Below, in pieces: positions 1 through 11,196 of a DNA stretch of 64,000 bases. Each line of letters begins with the position of its first letter. Position 1 is the first letter of the stretch. This DNA is from Malacoraja senta (Eukaryota). A program made the position numbers and the translations under genes. Where the stretch lies: assembly GCA_038087875.1 (NCBI GenBank), contig JAXLNO010002732.1, positions 62,001-126,000 on the forward strand, read 5' to 3'. The notes under the pieces are model-generated. The model searched no databases and was not told the DNA's origin. It saw only the letters and a program-made list of their open reading frames with translations.

Positions 1-285
1 CCCGGCCCGTCTTCTCTCTTCCCTGGGTATTTTGGCCCCCTGCGGCTCTGCATTTGCCCCAACGGACTATACCTTATCATTGTTGTCTACTCCAACCCCT
101 GGGTATTTCCTGCCCCCCAGTGGTTCAGGATTTGCCCCAACGGACTATTGGGCAGAATGCGGGGATTTGGCCTACAGGCTTTTCCCCTCCCTTTTCAGTT
201 TGCCTTGCCGGTACAGACCCCTGAATCCTTCAGGGCGTTAACCACAAGGTCTTTTCAATCGCCCAGGAAGTACTTTATTAGTCAT
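1..285 (-). mobile_element. Fragment of the 5' leader of ERV family A (same family as 19794-25926)
   Basis: The reverse complement matches 20580-20900 block by block: aatgactaataaagtacttcctgggcgattg vs actgactattaagtactactcgggcgattg; ttcaggggtctgtacc vs ttcaggggtctgtacg; atagtccgttggggc; aaatacccaggg repeats. It is truncated at about 285 next to a GT/GA microsatellite. Confidence 0.8.
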
Positions 286-869
286 TATTCGTGTGTGTGT
301 GAGAAAGAGAGTGTGTGTATGAGAGAGAGAGGGAGCGTGTGTGTGAGCAGGGCTCTCGCTTAACTTTTTTTCCCTGTTGCCAGCCGGGCAGCCTTGGCAG
401 CTTTTTAGGTTGCCAAATGACAGTTTAGGTGGTCATTTAAGATGGCTTGCATGACGCGTGCGATAAGATGGCTTGCATGACGCGTGGTCAGGTTCGAACA
501 CGGGTCTCTGGCGCTGTAAGGCAGCAACTCTACCACTGCGCCACAAAGTGCTGGAATAAGTCAGCTCACTCCATAGATCTCAGCTTCACTTTAACCTTCC
601 ACAGGGTCCACACGCTCAATCAAAGCTCCTCCACTTACCTGACCTCCACACAGGATCACAAACCTGCCTTTCTCCAGACCAGGCCCCCCGGCGACTGCGG
701 AGTTACTCCAGCACTTTGCCTTTTTATGTAAACGAGCATCTGCAGTTCCGTGCGTCCACCCCTCATTAGAACGCGTTAGACCGATCGTGCGCAGCACAAA
801 ACGTTCCATGAGGAAAACGTTCTAACTTTTTGTAAACAAAATGTTTTCCCAGAATGTCGCCTGGATTCG

Positions 870-1215
870 AGAGCTTCAGCTACAGGGCGAGCTTAGGGAC
901 AGTTAGGGTCGACTCTCAGAATCTTTTTACGCCAGGCTGGAAATGTCCAAGACTAGTTGGTATCGCTGTAAGGAGAGAGGGGGAAAGTTTAATGGGGATG
1001 CGCGGGGCAGTGGTGGGGGCCTCATGTGCCTGACCTGGGGAGGTGGTGGAGGCAGATATGACGGGTGTTTAAGAAGCTTTTAGGTGGGCATGTGGAAGTG
1101 GAGGGGAGAGAGGGATATGGATCATGTACAGGCAGATGAGAGTTTAACCTGGCGTCATGTTCGGCACAAACATTGTGGGCCGAAGGGCCCGTTCCTGTGC
1201 TGTACTGCCCTACGT
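870..1215 (+). mobile_element. Degenerate CR1 LINE 3' end
   Basis: Similar to the 3' UTR-proximal part of the CR1 copies elsewhere in the window (gtggtggaggcagat...ggcagatgagagtttaac...gggccgaagggcc...gttcctgtgctgtactg). Confidence 0.6.
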
Positions 1216-1224
1216 TCTAACCAT

Positions 1225-1600
1225 CCAATAACCAACTAGAGAGCAGACCCCACCTACCATCTACTGCATTGGCAGATGTTTTCTGCCGCTCACCTCCGGC
1301 GACAAACTCTTTGAATCACTTCTTTCTGGGAGGCGACTCCGGACTATCAAAGCTGCTACAGTCAGACATAAAACAGCTTTTTCCCACGAGCAGTAACTCT
1401 ATTCAACAGCCAAAAGACCGTAGCCTCTTTTTACTCCGGTACTTTATTTTCACATGTTTGAATTATAATATTTTATTTTTTATTGTCTACAGAATATCTT
1501 GTTGTTACCTGCGAGCAAAGCACCAATGTAAATGCCTTGGATGTGGACCTACTTGGCTAATAACATTTTTATTCATTCATTATTATTCATTGAAGACAAT
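1225..1600 (+). mobile_element. Rex1/Babar-type LINE 3' end fragment
   Basis: ctctttgaatcacttc...aggcgactccggactatcaaagc...aacagccaaaa matches the C-terminal coding end of the Rex copy at 18540-19320. Confidence 0.6.
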
Positions 1601-1885
1601 AGACAATAGGTGCAGGAGTAGGCCATTCTGCCCCTCGAGCCAGCCCCTATTCACCGTGATCATGCCAATCATCCACAAATAATACCCTGTTCCTGCCTTC
1701 TCCCTATATCCCTTGACGCCGCTATCTTTAAGAGCTCTGTCCAGCTCTCTCTTGAAAGCATTCAGAGAATCGGCTTCCACCACCATCTGCGGCAGAGAAT
1801 TTCACAGACTCTCAACACTCTGTGTGAAAACGTTTTTCCTCATCTCCGTTCTAAATAAATTACCCCTTATTCTTAAACTATCCCT
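1600..1885 (-). mobile_element. CR1 LINE 3' end fragment
   Basis: ORF 1583-1786 (VVEADSLNAFKRELDRALKDSGVKGYREKAGTGY) is the CR1 ORF2 C-terminus seen in the 61352-62122 copy. Confidence 0.8.
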
Positions 1886-3783
1886 CAGACTATCTTTAAT
1901 CAGACTTTACCTTGCACTAATCGATATTCCCTTAATCCTATATCTGTACACTGTGGATGGGTTGATTGTAATCCTGTATTGTCCTTCCACTAACTGGTTA
2001 GCACACAACAAAAAAAGCTTTACACTGTACCTCTCCCTGTAGCTGAAGCCCTCTAATCCAAGCAGTATTCTGGGAGAACATTTTGTTTTCATAAAGTTAG
2101 AACAGTCTCGTCGTAAAACATTTAGTGGTTGAAACGTCAGGCTGGGACACTTGCACCCCGCTGAGTTACTCCAGCACTTTGCATCTTTTTAAAAAAGTAC
2201 GCAGGCATCTACAGTTCCTCATGGCTATGTTTTCATTTTTTTAGTACGCGCCAACCAACGATAACCTGTTCACTAGGACTACCCTACTCACTGGGGGAAT
2301 TTTCAGAATTAATCTACACACCTGCACATCTTTGGAATGTGGGAGGAAATCGGAGCACCCGGAGAAAACACACACAGTCACAGAGAGAACGTACAAACTC
2401 TAGTCCCACCTGCCTGAATTTGGCCCATGTCCCTCTCAACCTTTCCAGACCTGTCAAAATGTATTTTAAATCAAAGATAAGAAACAAAATGCTGGAGTAA
2501 CTCAGCGAGACGGGCAGCATCTCTGGCGAGAAGGAACGGGTGACGATTCATGTTGAGACCCTTCTTCAGAGTGATGACGAGAGTGGCCACAGAGATAAAA
2601 TGTAGTCAGAGACAGTGAGAATGTTAAACTGAGTTATTTTGTCAATCTAAAGTCAAGAAAACTTGATTCAAATGCTTGTAGCTGTTGGAATTGATTCTTT
2701 ATTCAGTACTGAGACAATTCTTTGAACCTTCCAACACAGAGCTAGAAGCTCCGGGGCAGCTCCAAAGTATTTGTGTTTTTGATACAAACTCATTGCTTTA
2801 TATAGGTATTTAGACATTTCAAATACAGAGGGTAGGACAACTGGTAACCAATCATCTGAGTCCTTTTGGTGATTTACAACATCAGTCACAGGATATCCCC
2901 TTTCCTGACGTCTTTTTACAATCTTTGTTTGTCTATGGTATAACTCTATAACTGTTTTAGAATTATTTTATTTCAACACAGCAAAACCCCTGTAGGCTTT
3001 TATCAAAGACCACTTCAAAATATAAGATACATACAATGATCACTCAAGTCATACACACTTTCTATACCAAGAGAAAAGATATTTCTATAAATCTAAACAA
3101 TTTCTCTAAGTCTAAAGTGTACCTTTCTACTGAGACAATACATTGCATAATTGGTGTTACTATAATTTTACACATTTTGAAATACCATTACCTATGTCTT
3201 TAAAACATTAATTATATAAGTTTGCTGAATTACAGTTTCTAAGTTCAAAACGCACATTTCCATCTCCCATCCAAAGATACATGGGTCGTAAATCTGTCAA
3301 TTTAGTTAATATGAGTTTGGTGCCTTTCCTGTTATCGGGAAGCAGGATTTCCAATCTCATGTACCAGACAGAACACAAGGTACAAGGTACAACCCAGACC
3401 ATTACGTCAGAATTCCATCTGCTTCAACCTTCTATAAACAACTCCCTCAATCTAATTATTTCTCAAAGCAACTATTCCTTCACTTACATCTTATTCCTTA
3501 TCACACTCATTATAATTTTACACAGCCAAGGCTAACTGCAGTCTATCATCTCTCAGCCTTGAATTCTGTCTCAAACCTAGCATAACAAGCCATAACTCTT
3601 CACGTTTATGTCACATTCAGAGCTAAAAAATGTCCCATAGAGACAGAGCACATGGCCTAAGAAGAGGCCCCTTATTCAGCTTCCCATTCTTCAACACAAA
3701 GCCATATCAAATACAATTTCCTCCAGTGCTATAATTGCCCCAAATAATAATCTAAGCTAAGCAGGTTCAGGTTCAGGCCTCCA

Positions 3784-4166
3784 TGTTTTGATTCATCTTT
3801 GCCTGTGTGTATGTGTCAGTTTGCACTTTATTTCAGTTCAGGGAAACTTTAAGCTTTTCTTTTGCAATTCACCTAGCTTATATAAAAGTCTCTATCCAAG
3901 CGGTTCTATTTGTATAATATTTCCTCATTCCTCACTCTGGTCATTCTATGACCACTAATAGGATAATAACACAAGGCAGAGATTCATCAGCATTGGCTTA
4001 TTAGTCATCCAAGTTTATACCTAACCTCGAGATGCTTTATAGCCCCCAAAACCTGGACCACGTAGGTCAGCAGGCTGGCTTGTTGACACCAATGCTGTTC
4101 CCTACTTCTCTGCTGTGCTTCCAACCCTAGCCCTTATGGTGCTCAATTATTCTGGACTTAATAACA
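3784..4166 (-). mobile_element. LTR of ERV family B (~383 bp)
   Basis: On the minus strand: PPT tggagaaggaggaa, then TGTT start at 4166, TATATAAG at 3884-3877, AATAAA at 3832-3827, and an AACA end at 3784. Confidence 0.7.
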
Positions 4167-4234
4167 TTCCTCCTTCTCCACATTATTAAGTCTATTACAC
4201 TCCTCCTCCAACATTTCCTTCTCTACCTGCTGGT

Positions 4235-5861
4235 TCACACGTCTCTACTTCCATCAGACTCCAACATCGTAACGTCTTCTTCTAGGTACCGCAATAAGAC
4301 CTGTCCACCAGTTTCCACATTACCCAAGGCTGTCATTAGTCTGGTGATGATACATTTAACAATAGCAATTCTCACTAACAAACACATGATCACTATTGCT
4401 GCATTTATGGCCATGCTGATGATCCAATTATATAATCCCCCAAAACCCCAGTTTCCCCATCCAACACCCTCCTTCATTCCATCAAGCAGGGTAGTAATGT
4501 CCTCTTGATGTTTGGTGATATAATTAGTTCTATCCTGAACTCCCATCATACATTTTTCTTTTACAATAGCACACGTCCCTCCCTCACGGGCCAACAGATA
4601 ATCTAAGGCATATCTATTCTGTAAAGAGAACAGACGCATTTCTGATAGTTGGGTTTTTATTGCCTCCTAGGCACCAGTAGTGGCATTTCCCAAAATGGTT
4701 AGTCCACAAATCATATAGTTTCGATGTTTTGCTGCCAACCCTCCCCCTACACCTCTGAAAGTAAGCAGGCTTAGTATTCCCCATCCCGCAGCATCCCACC
4801 TAGATGTTCCCATTGTAGTTGGGTTTCTCCAATTGGCACAGAATTCGGCGGATATTGCCCTGCGCAGAGTCCTTTGGTTTTGTCGGGACCAACTCTCTGG
4901 GCAGGGAACGGTGGTGGGCCAAGGGTCCCGATGGCTACGTTCTTTGGAAAAGGAGGTTTTAGCACATTGGTCCCTTTGCCATTGAAAAAGATGTAATACC
5001 CTTCCTCGGTGTATATGGACCCATGACAGTCCATGCGTGTATTAATCACCTCGCCACCCTTTGCCCAGTCCATCCAATTGCTTGAAATCCAATTGGTGTA
5101 TCTTGGGATGGGCAAGTGATAGAATCCTACAGTTAGATGGGTTCCATTGGCCCACCCACAAAGCAGTTGAAACCCTGCAGAGACTGGGACGCATCTTTTG
5201 GGAATGGTGCATTGGATGCCCTTAGATGTGCTGTTGCTAAGAACTCATCATAATAGATGGTGAGAGCTTTGACCGGAACTGGCATCTCATCTTGACACTT
5301 TACTAATCGTTAAATCCTTCCCCACTCAGGAGATACTGTAAATAGGCTAATAACAGATTTCATAGCGGGGTAACACACAACTTGCCCATTACCAAATAAT
5401 TCATTATGGGCCCGTATAAACACGTTAGTGTCTTTTTCTTCAAATTCTCCCTTTTCCAGTATTTGTTGTTCAGGTTCTGTCCTTTGGAGCCCCGGGTGGA
5501 CCTGTAATGCTACTTGATAACATAGTCCATCATACAAGTGTTTATTTAGAGTTCGGTCCTCCCCGGGGTTCCTCCTGCAAGATAAGTCAACCCTGCATAT
5601 CCGGTACCCACGTGGAAACTCCCAGAGTGACTGATCAATTAGGTAGAGGCTTCAGTTAGTCTGTTGCATTTTGCCATGGCAGTAGTTAATTGTAATTATG
5701 TTCCATCTTCCGACGACTTCTGGGCCTCTACATTGTACAACATCTCCTTTGCAGAGGTGAAATATCCTATATGCGTGTCCTGGGACACATCGTCGAATCT
5801 CTCCTTTATTTCCCTCTGTCTGCAGAAGCATTAGGTTGCATGGCAGGATAAATCGCCTCAT
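4235..5861 (-). pseudogene. env: ERV-B env with nonsense and frameshift lesions
   Basis: Hydrophobic start MRRFILPCNLMLLQTEG. The same frame continues past stops at 5652 and 5310, then shifts to SU C-terminal YYIFFNG...LKPPFP...AIGTLGP. The TM contains LQNRYALDYLLAREGGTCAIVKEKC, a WGNWGFGG stretch and a hydrophobic anchor. Confidence 0.85.
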
Positions 5862-6020
5862 TTGAATTTATCTGCAAATGAATGCAAAGGCTTATAAAAA
5901 GTTCATTTCTTACTTAATTGACTTAATCAACTATTCACTCAAGTTAACCATCCTTCAGTCAGTCAGTCCAGTAATCAGTCGCATATTCTTAACCATATAG
6001 CAAAATAAGGATTCAAAACT

Positions 6021-6100
6021 AAACTTATAATGCTACAACTAAACGTATAATGCTACAACTAAACGTATAATGATACAACTAAACTTATAATGATACAACT
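6021..6100. repeat. 20-bp tandem repeat x4 (aaacttataatgctacaact) in the ERV-B pol-env spacer
   Basis: Four adjacent units at 6021, 6041, 6061 and 6081, differing at only two positions. Confidence 0.95.
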
Positions 6101-6160
6101 CCCAAGCAAAGCAGCAATGTAAAAACTAAAAACTCTGAGTTGAAAATAAAATGACTCTTC

Positions 6161-7603
6161 TCACCCCTTATGATTGGGCTCCCCAATCAGTTTGCAGTGG
6201 TGCAGATGAACCCATGCAGCACGACCCTCGACGTTGGCAGCGGTTGGAGTGGTGAGGAGGACCTGGAAGGGACCATCCCAACGTGAGTCCAAGTGCTTAC
6301 GCTTCCAGTTCCTGACCAGCACATAGCAACATGTCTCAATATTAGATGGAACTTTGAACGCTGGCGCCTCACCATTTGCAGCCCTGACCTGTGAATGAGA
6401 AGTTCGCAAGCACGGGTTAAAGTTAATACATAGGATGTCATTTCCTCAGTCATCTGGTAGAAATGGACCGCTGCGGGGGCATGGAAATGGACCGCCTGGT
6501 CATTCCATGGCATCCGTAAAGGTCGACCATATATTATTTCCGCAGGCGTCAGTCGTGCCGTACCAGAAGGAGTGGTCTGTATCTGAAAAAGAGCTACAGG
6601 AAGCAGTTTAAACCATGTTAAGCCAGTCTGTGCCACTAATTTAGCTAATTTGGTTTTCAAAGTCTGATTTGCCCGTTACACCAATCCGGCGGCCTGAGGT
6701 CTATATGCACAATGGAGCTGTTGATGTATCTGTAATTGTTGGCACATTTCTTTGTTTACTGCAGCAATAAAATGAGGACCTTTATCGGAACTTAAACGCG
6801 CAGGAACACCGAATCGCGGTATGATTTTGCGTAACAATATTTTTACAATGGAAGACGCCTTATTGTCATTGGTCAGGTATGCATCAATCCATTTACTGAA
6901 AACATCGACAATTACAAGAACATACTTATAACACTGACACCTTTTCAACTCAATGTAGTCCATTTGCAAGGTCTCAAATGGACCTGCTGGTAAAGGGGTC
7001 TTACCTGGTTCACAGGGCAAGCCTTTACCTGGATTATGCTGCTGGCAAATCAGACATCGCTGGCTGACACGCTGGGCCAAGTCCAGAAGTTTTGGATGCC
7101 ACCAGGTGTCTAAAAGCATATCATTTCCGGCCTTGGCACCACAATGAGTTGCAAAGTGTACACATTCAATAATCCATAACACATGTTCATCAGACATGCA
7201 AGTCTGGCCTGCAGGCGTAACCCATAAGCTAGTGACAGGATCAAACACACAGCCCTGGTCCTGCCACAGCTGTTTTACCTGTGCAGGAGCGTCCTCCTGT
7301 ATTTGAAGTACTTCCTGGATGGTTGGCATTCCTTTTTCCGGGGGAGACTGATTCTTACTGGAATTTTTAGTCTGCCTCATCATTCGGGGCACAACAACCT
7401 GGTTAGTCCAAGAAGCTTTTTTTAGCGGCACCATCCGCAAGGCGATTGCCGATATCTATAGGGCTCTGGCCTGATGTGTGGGCACGAACTTTAATAACTG
7501 CAAGCTGACTGGGCAATTGGATTGCCTGTAAAAGGTTGGAAACTAACTTCTGGTGTGAAATAACTGTTCCTGATGAGGTCAGGAAGCCTCGATTTTTCCA
7601 CAA
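6161..7603 (-). pseudogene. pol: ERV-B pol 3' part (RNase H end, integrase), frameshifted
   Basis: HFATHCG...CLICQQHN (HHCC); QMDYIEL...LVIVDVFSKW...LSSDKGPHF...YRPQAAGLV (DDE core); LDSRWDGPFQVLLTTPTA (GPY/F module). Confidence 0.92.
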
Positions 7604-7609
7604 TTGCCC

Positions 7610-8010
7610 ATAATCGTGAACAACTCCGAAAGCATACTGTAAATCAGTGTAAATATTTTACCTTATTACAGACACTAAGATTATTGTCAGATAATTTAAA
7701 ATCAGGAAATGTTAGACACTTATCCTCTTTGGTTCTACAGATCATAACAGCATTCTTACTAGCATTATATTTAATGTCATGTTCCACACCATACACAGAA
7801 CATATAGTATGGAGCTGCTGGAGACCAGCGCTAGATGAACTAAAGATCACAAGATCATCTGCATACATAATATGGTTCAGTAAAATATTACCAATCACGC
7901 ACCCAGTGTTACAGGCCTTCAATTGTTTAGACAGATCATCAATATATAGATTAAAAAGGTCTGGGGACAAAATTCCCCCTTGTCTAACACCATTGGTATC
8001 CCCAAATGGA
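7610..8010 (-). mobile_element. RTEX-like non-LTR retrotransposon RT fragment
   Basis: NGVRQGGILSPDLFNLYIDDLSKQL...GCVIG...IMYADDLVIF carries the RT motifs of the RTEX/RTE-related type and is distinct from the CR1, Rex and L1 copies in the window. Confidence 0.6.
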
Positions 8011-8225
8011 TAAGTCCCATTACACTTCCTTAGTTCTATCCATACTGACTCCACATCTCCTGTTTCAATGTCACCCCTTGCAAGGGACTGAATTTCATTC
8101 CTCACCAACAGAGCTACCCCAGCCCCTCTGCCCACCTGTCTGTCTATTCTATAGGAGATATATCCTTGAATATTCAGTTCCCATCACCAGCCCTCTTGCA
8201 GCCATGTCTCTGTAATTCCTACAAC
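8010..8225 (-). mobile_element. CR1 ORF2 endonuclease fragment
   Basis: GRGAGVALLVRNEIQSLARGDIETGDVESVWIELR is a CR1 APE-domain signature. Confidence 0.75.
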
Positions 8226-9395
8226 AAGCCGTGCGCATGAGTTTAGTTTTACATTTAGAGATGCAGAGTGGAAACAGGCCCTTCAGCGCACCAAGTCTGC
8301 GAAGCATATTTAAAATAAAAGGGCTGTTTAAAGTTCACCAGCTGAAACTTTTTATAAAAATCGAATTGGAAGGAAATGTGAAGAATCATAATGAAAATGT
8401 TCCCAAGAGCTGGCATCATTCCGGGGGAGCACATGGTAATTTTGATAACCAATTCGACAGAGATATTTGGGTCTCCAATTCATGGTTCAAAGATGCAAAA
8501 AGTTGGGTCTTCAAGTGAAGCTTTGACTAAGTCAAACCCTATTTTAAAAGAATTTTAAATTAAAAGGATTCTGCAGATGCTGTAAACGAGTTCACGTGGA
8601 AGAATAAGCAATGGTTAAACAAGCCAATTTATTTCATTTGAAGTGAAAATGCAATTTGTCCAATTTAAACAAGTTTGCCTGAACCATGGATATTTGCCCA
8701 GCCTCAAAGATTCACGTTTTCTCACCCCATCAACAAAAAAAGCATGATTAGTTCAAAACGGAATAGATTATTCTGCAGAGGCATCGTTTAAGACTCGGCT
8801 GAATCCAACATTCCTAAAGCACTATCATAATTAACTTGTTTAAGAAAGAACTGCACATGCTGGAAAAATCGAAGGTTGACAAAAATGCTGGAGAAACTCA
8901 GCGGATGAGGCAGCATGCATCTAGACGCCGCCTCACCTGCTGAGTTTCTCCAGCATTTTTGTCTACCATAATTAACTCACTCCCTTCTCCCAGGAGATGG
9001 GTATATGGAACAAGCTGCCAGAGGAGGTAGTGGAGGCTGGTACAATGGCATTTAGAAGATATTTGGACAGGACTATTTGGATTAATTGTGTTTCTCTAAT
9101 ATACACGGAACTTTTTTTGCTGTTTAATAAGGGTTTTACAGTGCAATATGTTACACTACTGTTGTGCTGCTACGAAACCCACTCCATGACACACTGAGGA
9201 ACACCTTCAGCAACAGACTAGTTCCACCAAGATGCAGCACAGAACGCCACAGGAGATCCTGCTCCCCTATGGCTATCAAACTGTACAACTCCACCCCCTT
9301 CTGTCATGGGGTGGACTGACTAACCCCCTACCCCTCCCCAATCTTTGCACATCCGCAATCCTTTCCACTCATCACTTTAATTTCATGTTTCATGT

Positions 9396-9743
9396 TTAGT
9401 TTAGTTTAGTTTAGTTTAGAGATACAGCGCAGATACAGGCCCTTCGGCCCACCGGGTCCGTGGCAACCAGCGATCCCCGCACTTTAACACTAACCAGCGA
9501 TCATCCTGTACACTAGCACTACTCCACACACTAGGGACATTTACAATGTTACCAAAGCCAATTAACCTACAATCCTGTACGTCTTTGGTGTGTGGGAGAA
9601 AACCGAAGATCTCAGAGAAAACCCACGCAGGTCACGGGGAGAACGTACAAACTCCGTATAGACAGCACCCGTAATCGGGATCGAACCTGGGTCTCCGGCG
9701 TACATTTGCTGTAAGGCAGCAACACTACCGCTGCGCCACCATG
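9396..9743 (-). mobile_element. HE1/V-SINE-type tRNA-derived SINE
   Basis: Reverse strand shows the tRNA-like head (ggtggcgcagcggtag...cgggttcgatccc), the V-core (ggagtttgtacgttctccccgtgacctgcgtgggttttc) and an (actaa)n tail. Confidence 0.85.
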
Positions 9744-10134
9744 ACCGTCTTTATCTTGTATTGTATGACTGTTGGCAGAACAATTTCCCTCCTTGGATAG
9801 ATAAAGTTCTATCCTATCGTAAGTCAGCATTTAATAGTTCAGTTTGTGACATATGACAATAAAACACTCTTGACAGGTACATGGATAGGATAGGTATGGA
9901 GAGATATGGAACAAATGCAGGCAGGAGGAACTAGTGTAGGTGGGGCATCTTAGTCAATGTGGGCAAGACAAAATGTGCAGGAACAGCAGATGCAGGTTTA
10001 CACTGAAGATAGACACAAAATGCTGGAGTAACTCAGCAGGACAGGCAGATTACAACTCAGCGATATGAATATTGATTTCTCCAACTTCAAGTAACCCTTG
10101 CCTTCCCTCTCTCTCCACCCATCCCCAACCCTAG

Positions 10135-10890
10135 TTAGAAACATAGAAAATAGGTGCAGGAGTAGGCCATTCGGCCTTTCGAGCCTGTACGGCCATTTGA
10201 TATGATCATGGCTGATCATCCAACTCAGTATCCCATCCCTGCCTTCTCTCCATACCCCCTGATCCCTTTAGCCACAAGGGCCACATCTAACTCCCTCTTA
10301 AATATAGCCAATGAACTGGCCTCAACTACCCTCTGTGGCAGAGAATTCCACAGATTCACCACTCTCTGTGTAAAAAATGATTTTCTCATCTCGGTCCTAA
10401 AAAACCTCCCTCTTATCCTTAAACTGTGACCCCCTAGTTCTGTACTTCCCCAATATCGGGAATAATCTTCCTGCATCTAGCCTGTCCAACCCCTTAAGAA
10501 TTTTGTAAGTTTCTATAAGATCCCACCTTAATCTTCTGAATGCTAGCGTGTATAAGCCGAGTCTATCCAGTCTTTCTTCATATGAAAGTCCTGCCATCCC
10601 AGGAATCAGTCTGCTGAACCTTCTCTGTACACCCTCTATGGCAAGAATGTATTTCCTCAGATTAGGAGACCAAAACTGTATGCAATACTCCAGGTGTGGT
10701 CTCACCAAGACCCTGTACAACTGCAATAGAACCTCCCAGCTCTTATACTCAAATCATTTTGCTATGAATGCTAACATACCATTTGCTTTCTTCACTGCCT
10801 GCTGCACCTGCATTCCTACTTTCAATGACTGGTGTGCCATGACACCCAGGTCTCGTTGCATCTCCCCTTTTCCTAATCAGCCACCATTCT
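10135..10890 (-). mobile_element. Young CR1 LINE 3' fragment
   Basis: ORFs 10397-10726 and 10225-10476 (LYRVLVRPHLEYC.QFWSP...FFTQRVVNLWNSLPQRVVEASSL) are nearly identical to the 61160-62220 copy. Confidence 0.92.
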
Positions 10891-10909
10891 CCAACTAGCT
10901 TCATTGTCC

Positions 10910-11196
10910 TGTGAAACGTCACCTATCCATGTTCTACACAGATGCTGCCTGACCCGCTGAGTTACTCCAGCAATCTGTGAAACGTCACCTACCCATGTTC
11001 TCCACAGATGCTGCTTGACACGTTGAGTTACTCCAGCAATCTGTGAAACGTCATCTATCCATGTTCTTCACAGATGCTGCCTGACACGCTGAGTTACTCC
11101 AGTACTCTGTGAAACGTCACCTACCCATGTTCTCCACAGATGCTGCCTGACCCGCTGAGTTACTCCAGCACTCCGTGAAATGTCATCTATCCATGT
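10910..11196. repeat. 66-bp tandem repeat x~4.3 of a dispersed-repeat fragment
   Basis: Unit tgtgaaacgtcacctatccatgttctccacagatgctgcctgacccgctgagttactccagcaatc starts at 10910, 10976, 11042, 11108 and 11174. The gatgctgcctgacccgctgagttactccagca core recurs dispersed through the window. Confidence 0.9.

Larger units (their letters stand above)
2668..7603 (-). mobile_element. ERV family B (class I, gamma/epsilon-like): RNase H-integrase, env, LTR and a downstream leader-like region; 5'-truncated
   Basis: RNase H motif WKNRGFLTSSG...KVRAHTSG...GNRLADGAAK (7403-7603); integrase zinc finger and DDE core; env TM with immunosuppressive domain; polypurine tract followed by a TGTT...AACA LTR. Confidence 0.9.

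Noticed and set aside
7644-8135. 163-aa ORF as a genuine gene
   Set aside because: It is a chance in-frame join of CR1 endonuclease and RTEX-like RT fragments.
10910-11196. Regularly spaced repeats here and in the satellite suggesting a CRISPR array
   Set aside because: There are no unique spacers (whole units are duplicated), no cas genes, and the context is vertebrate.
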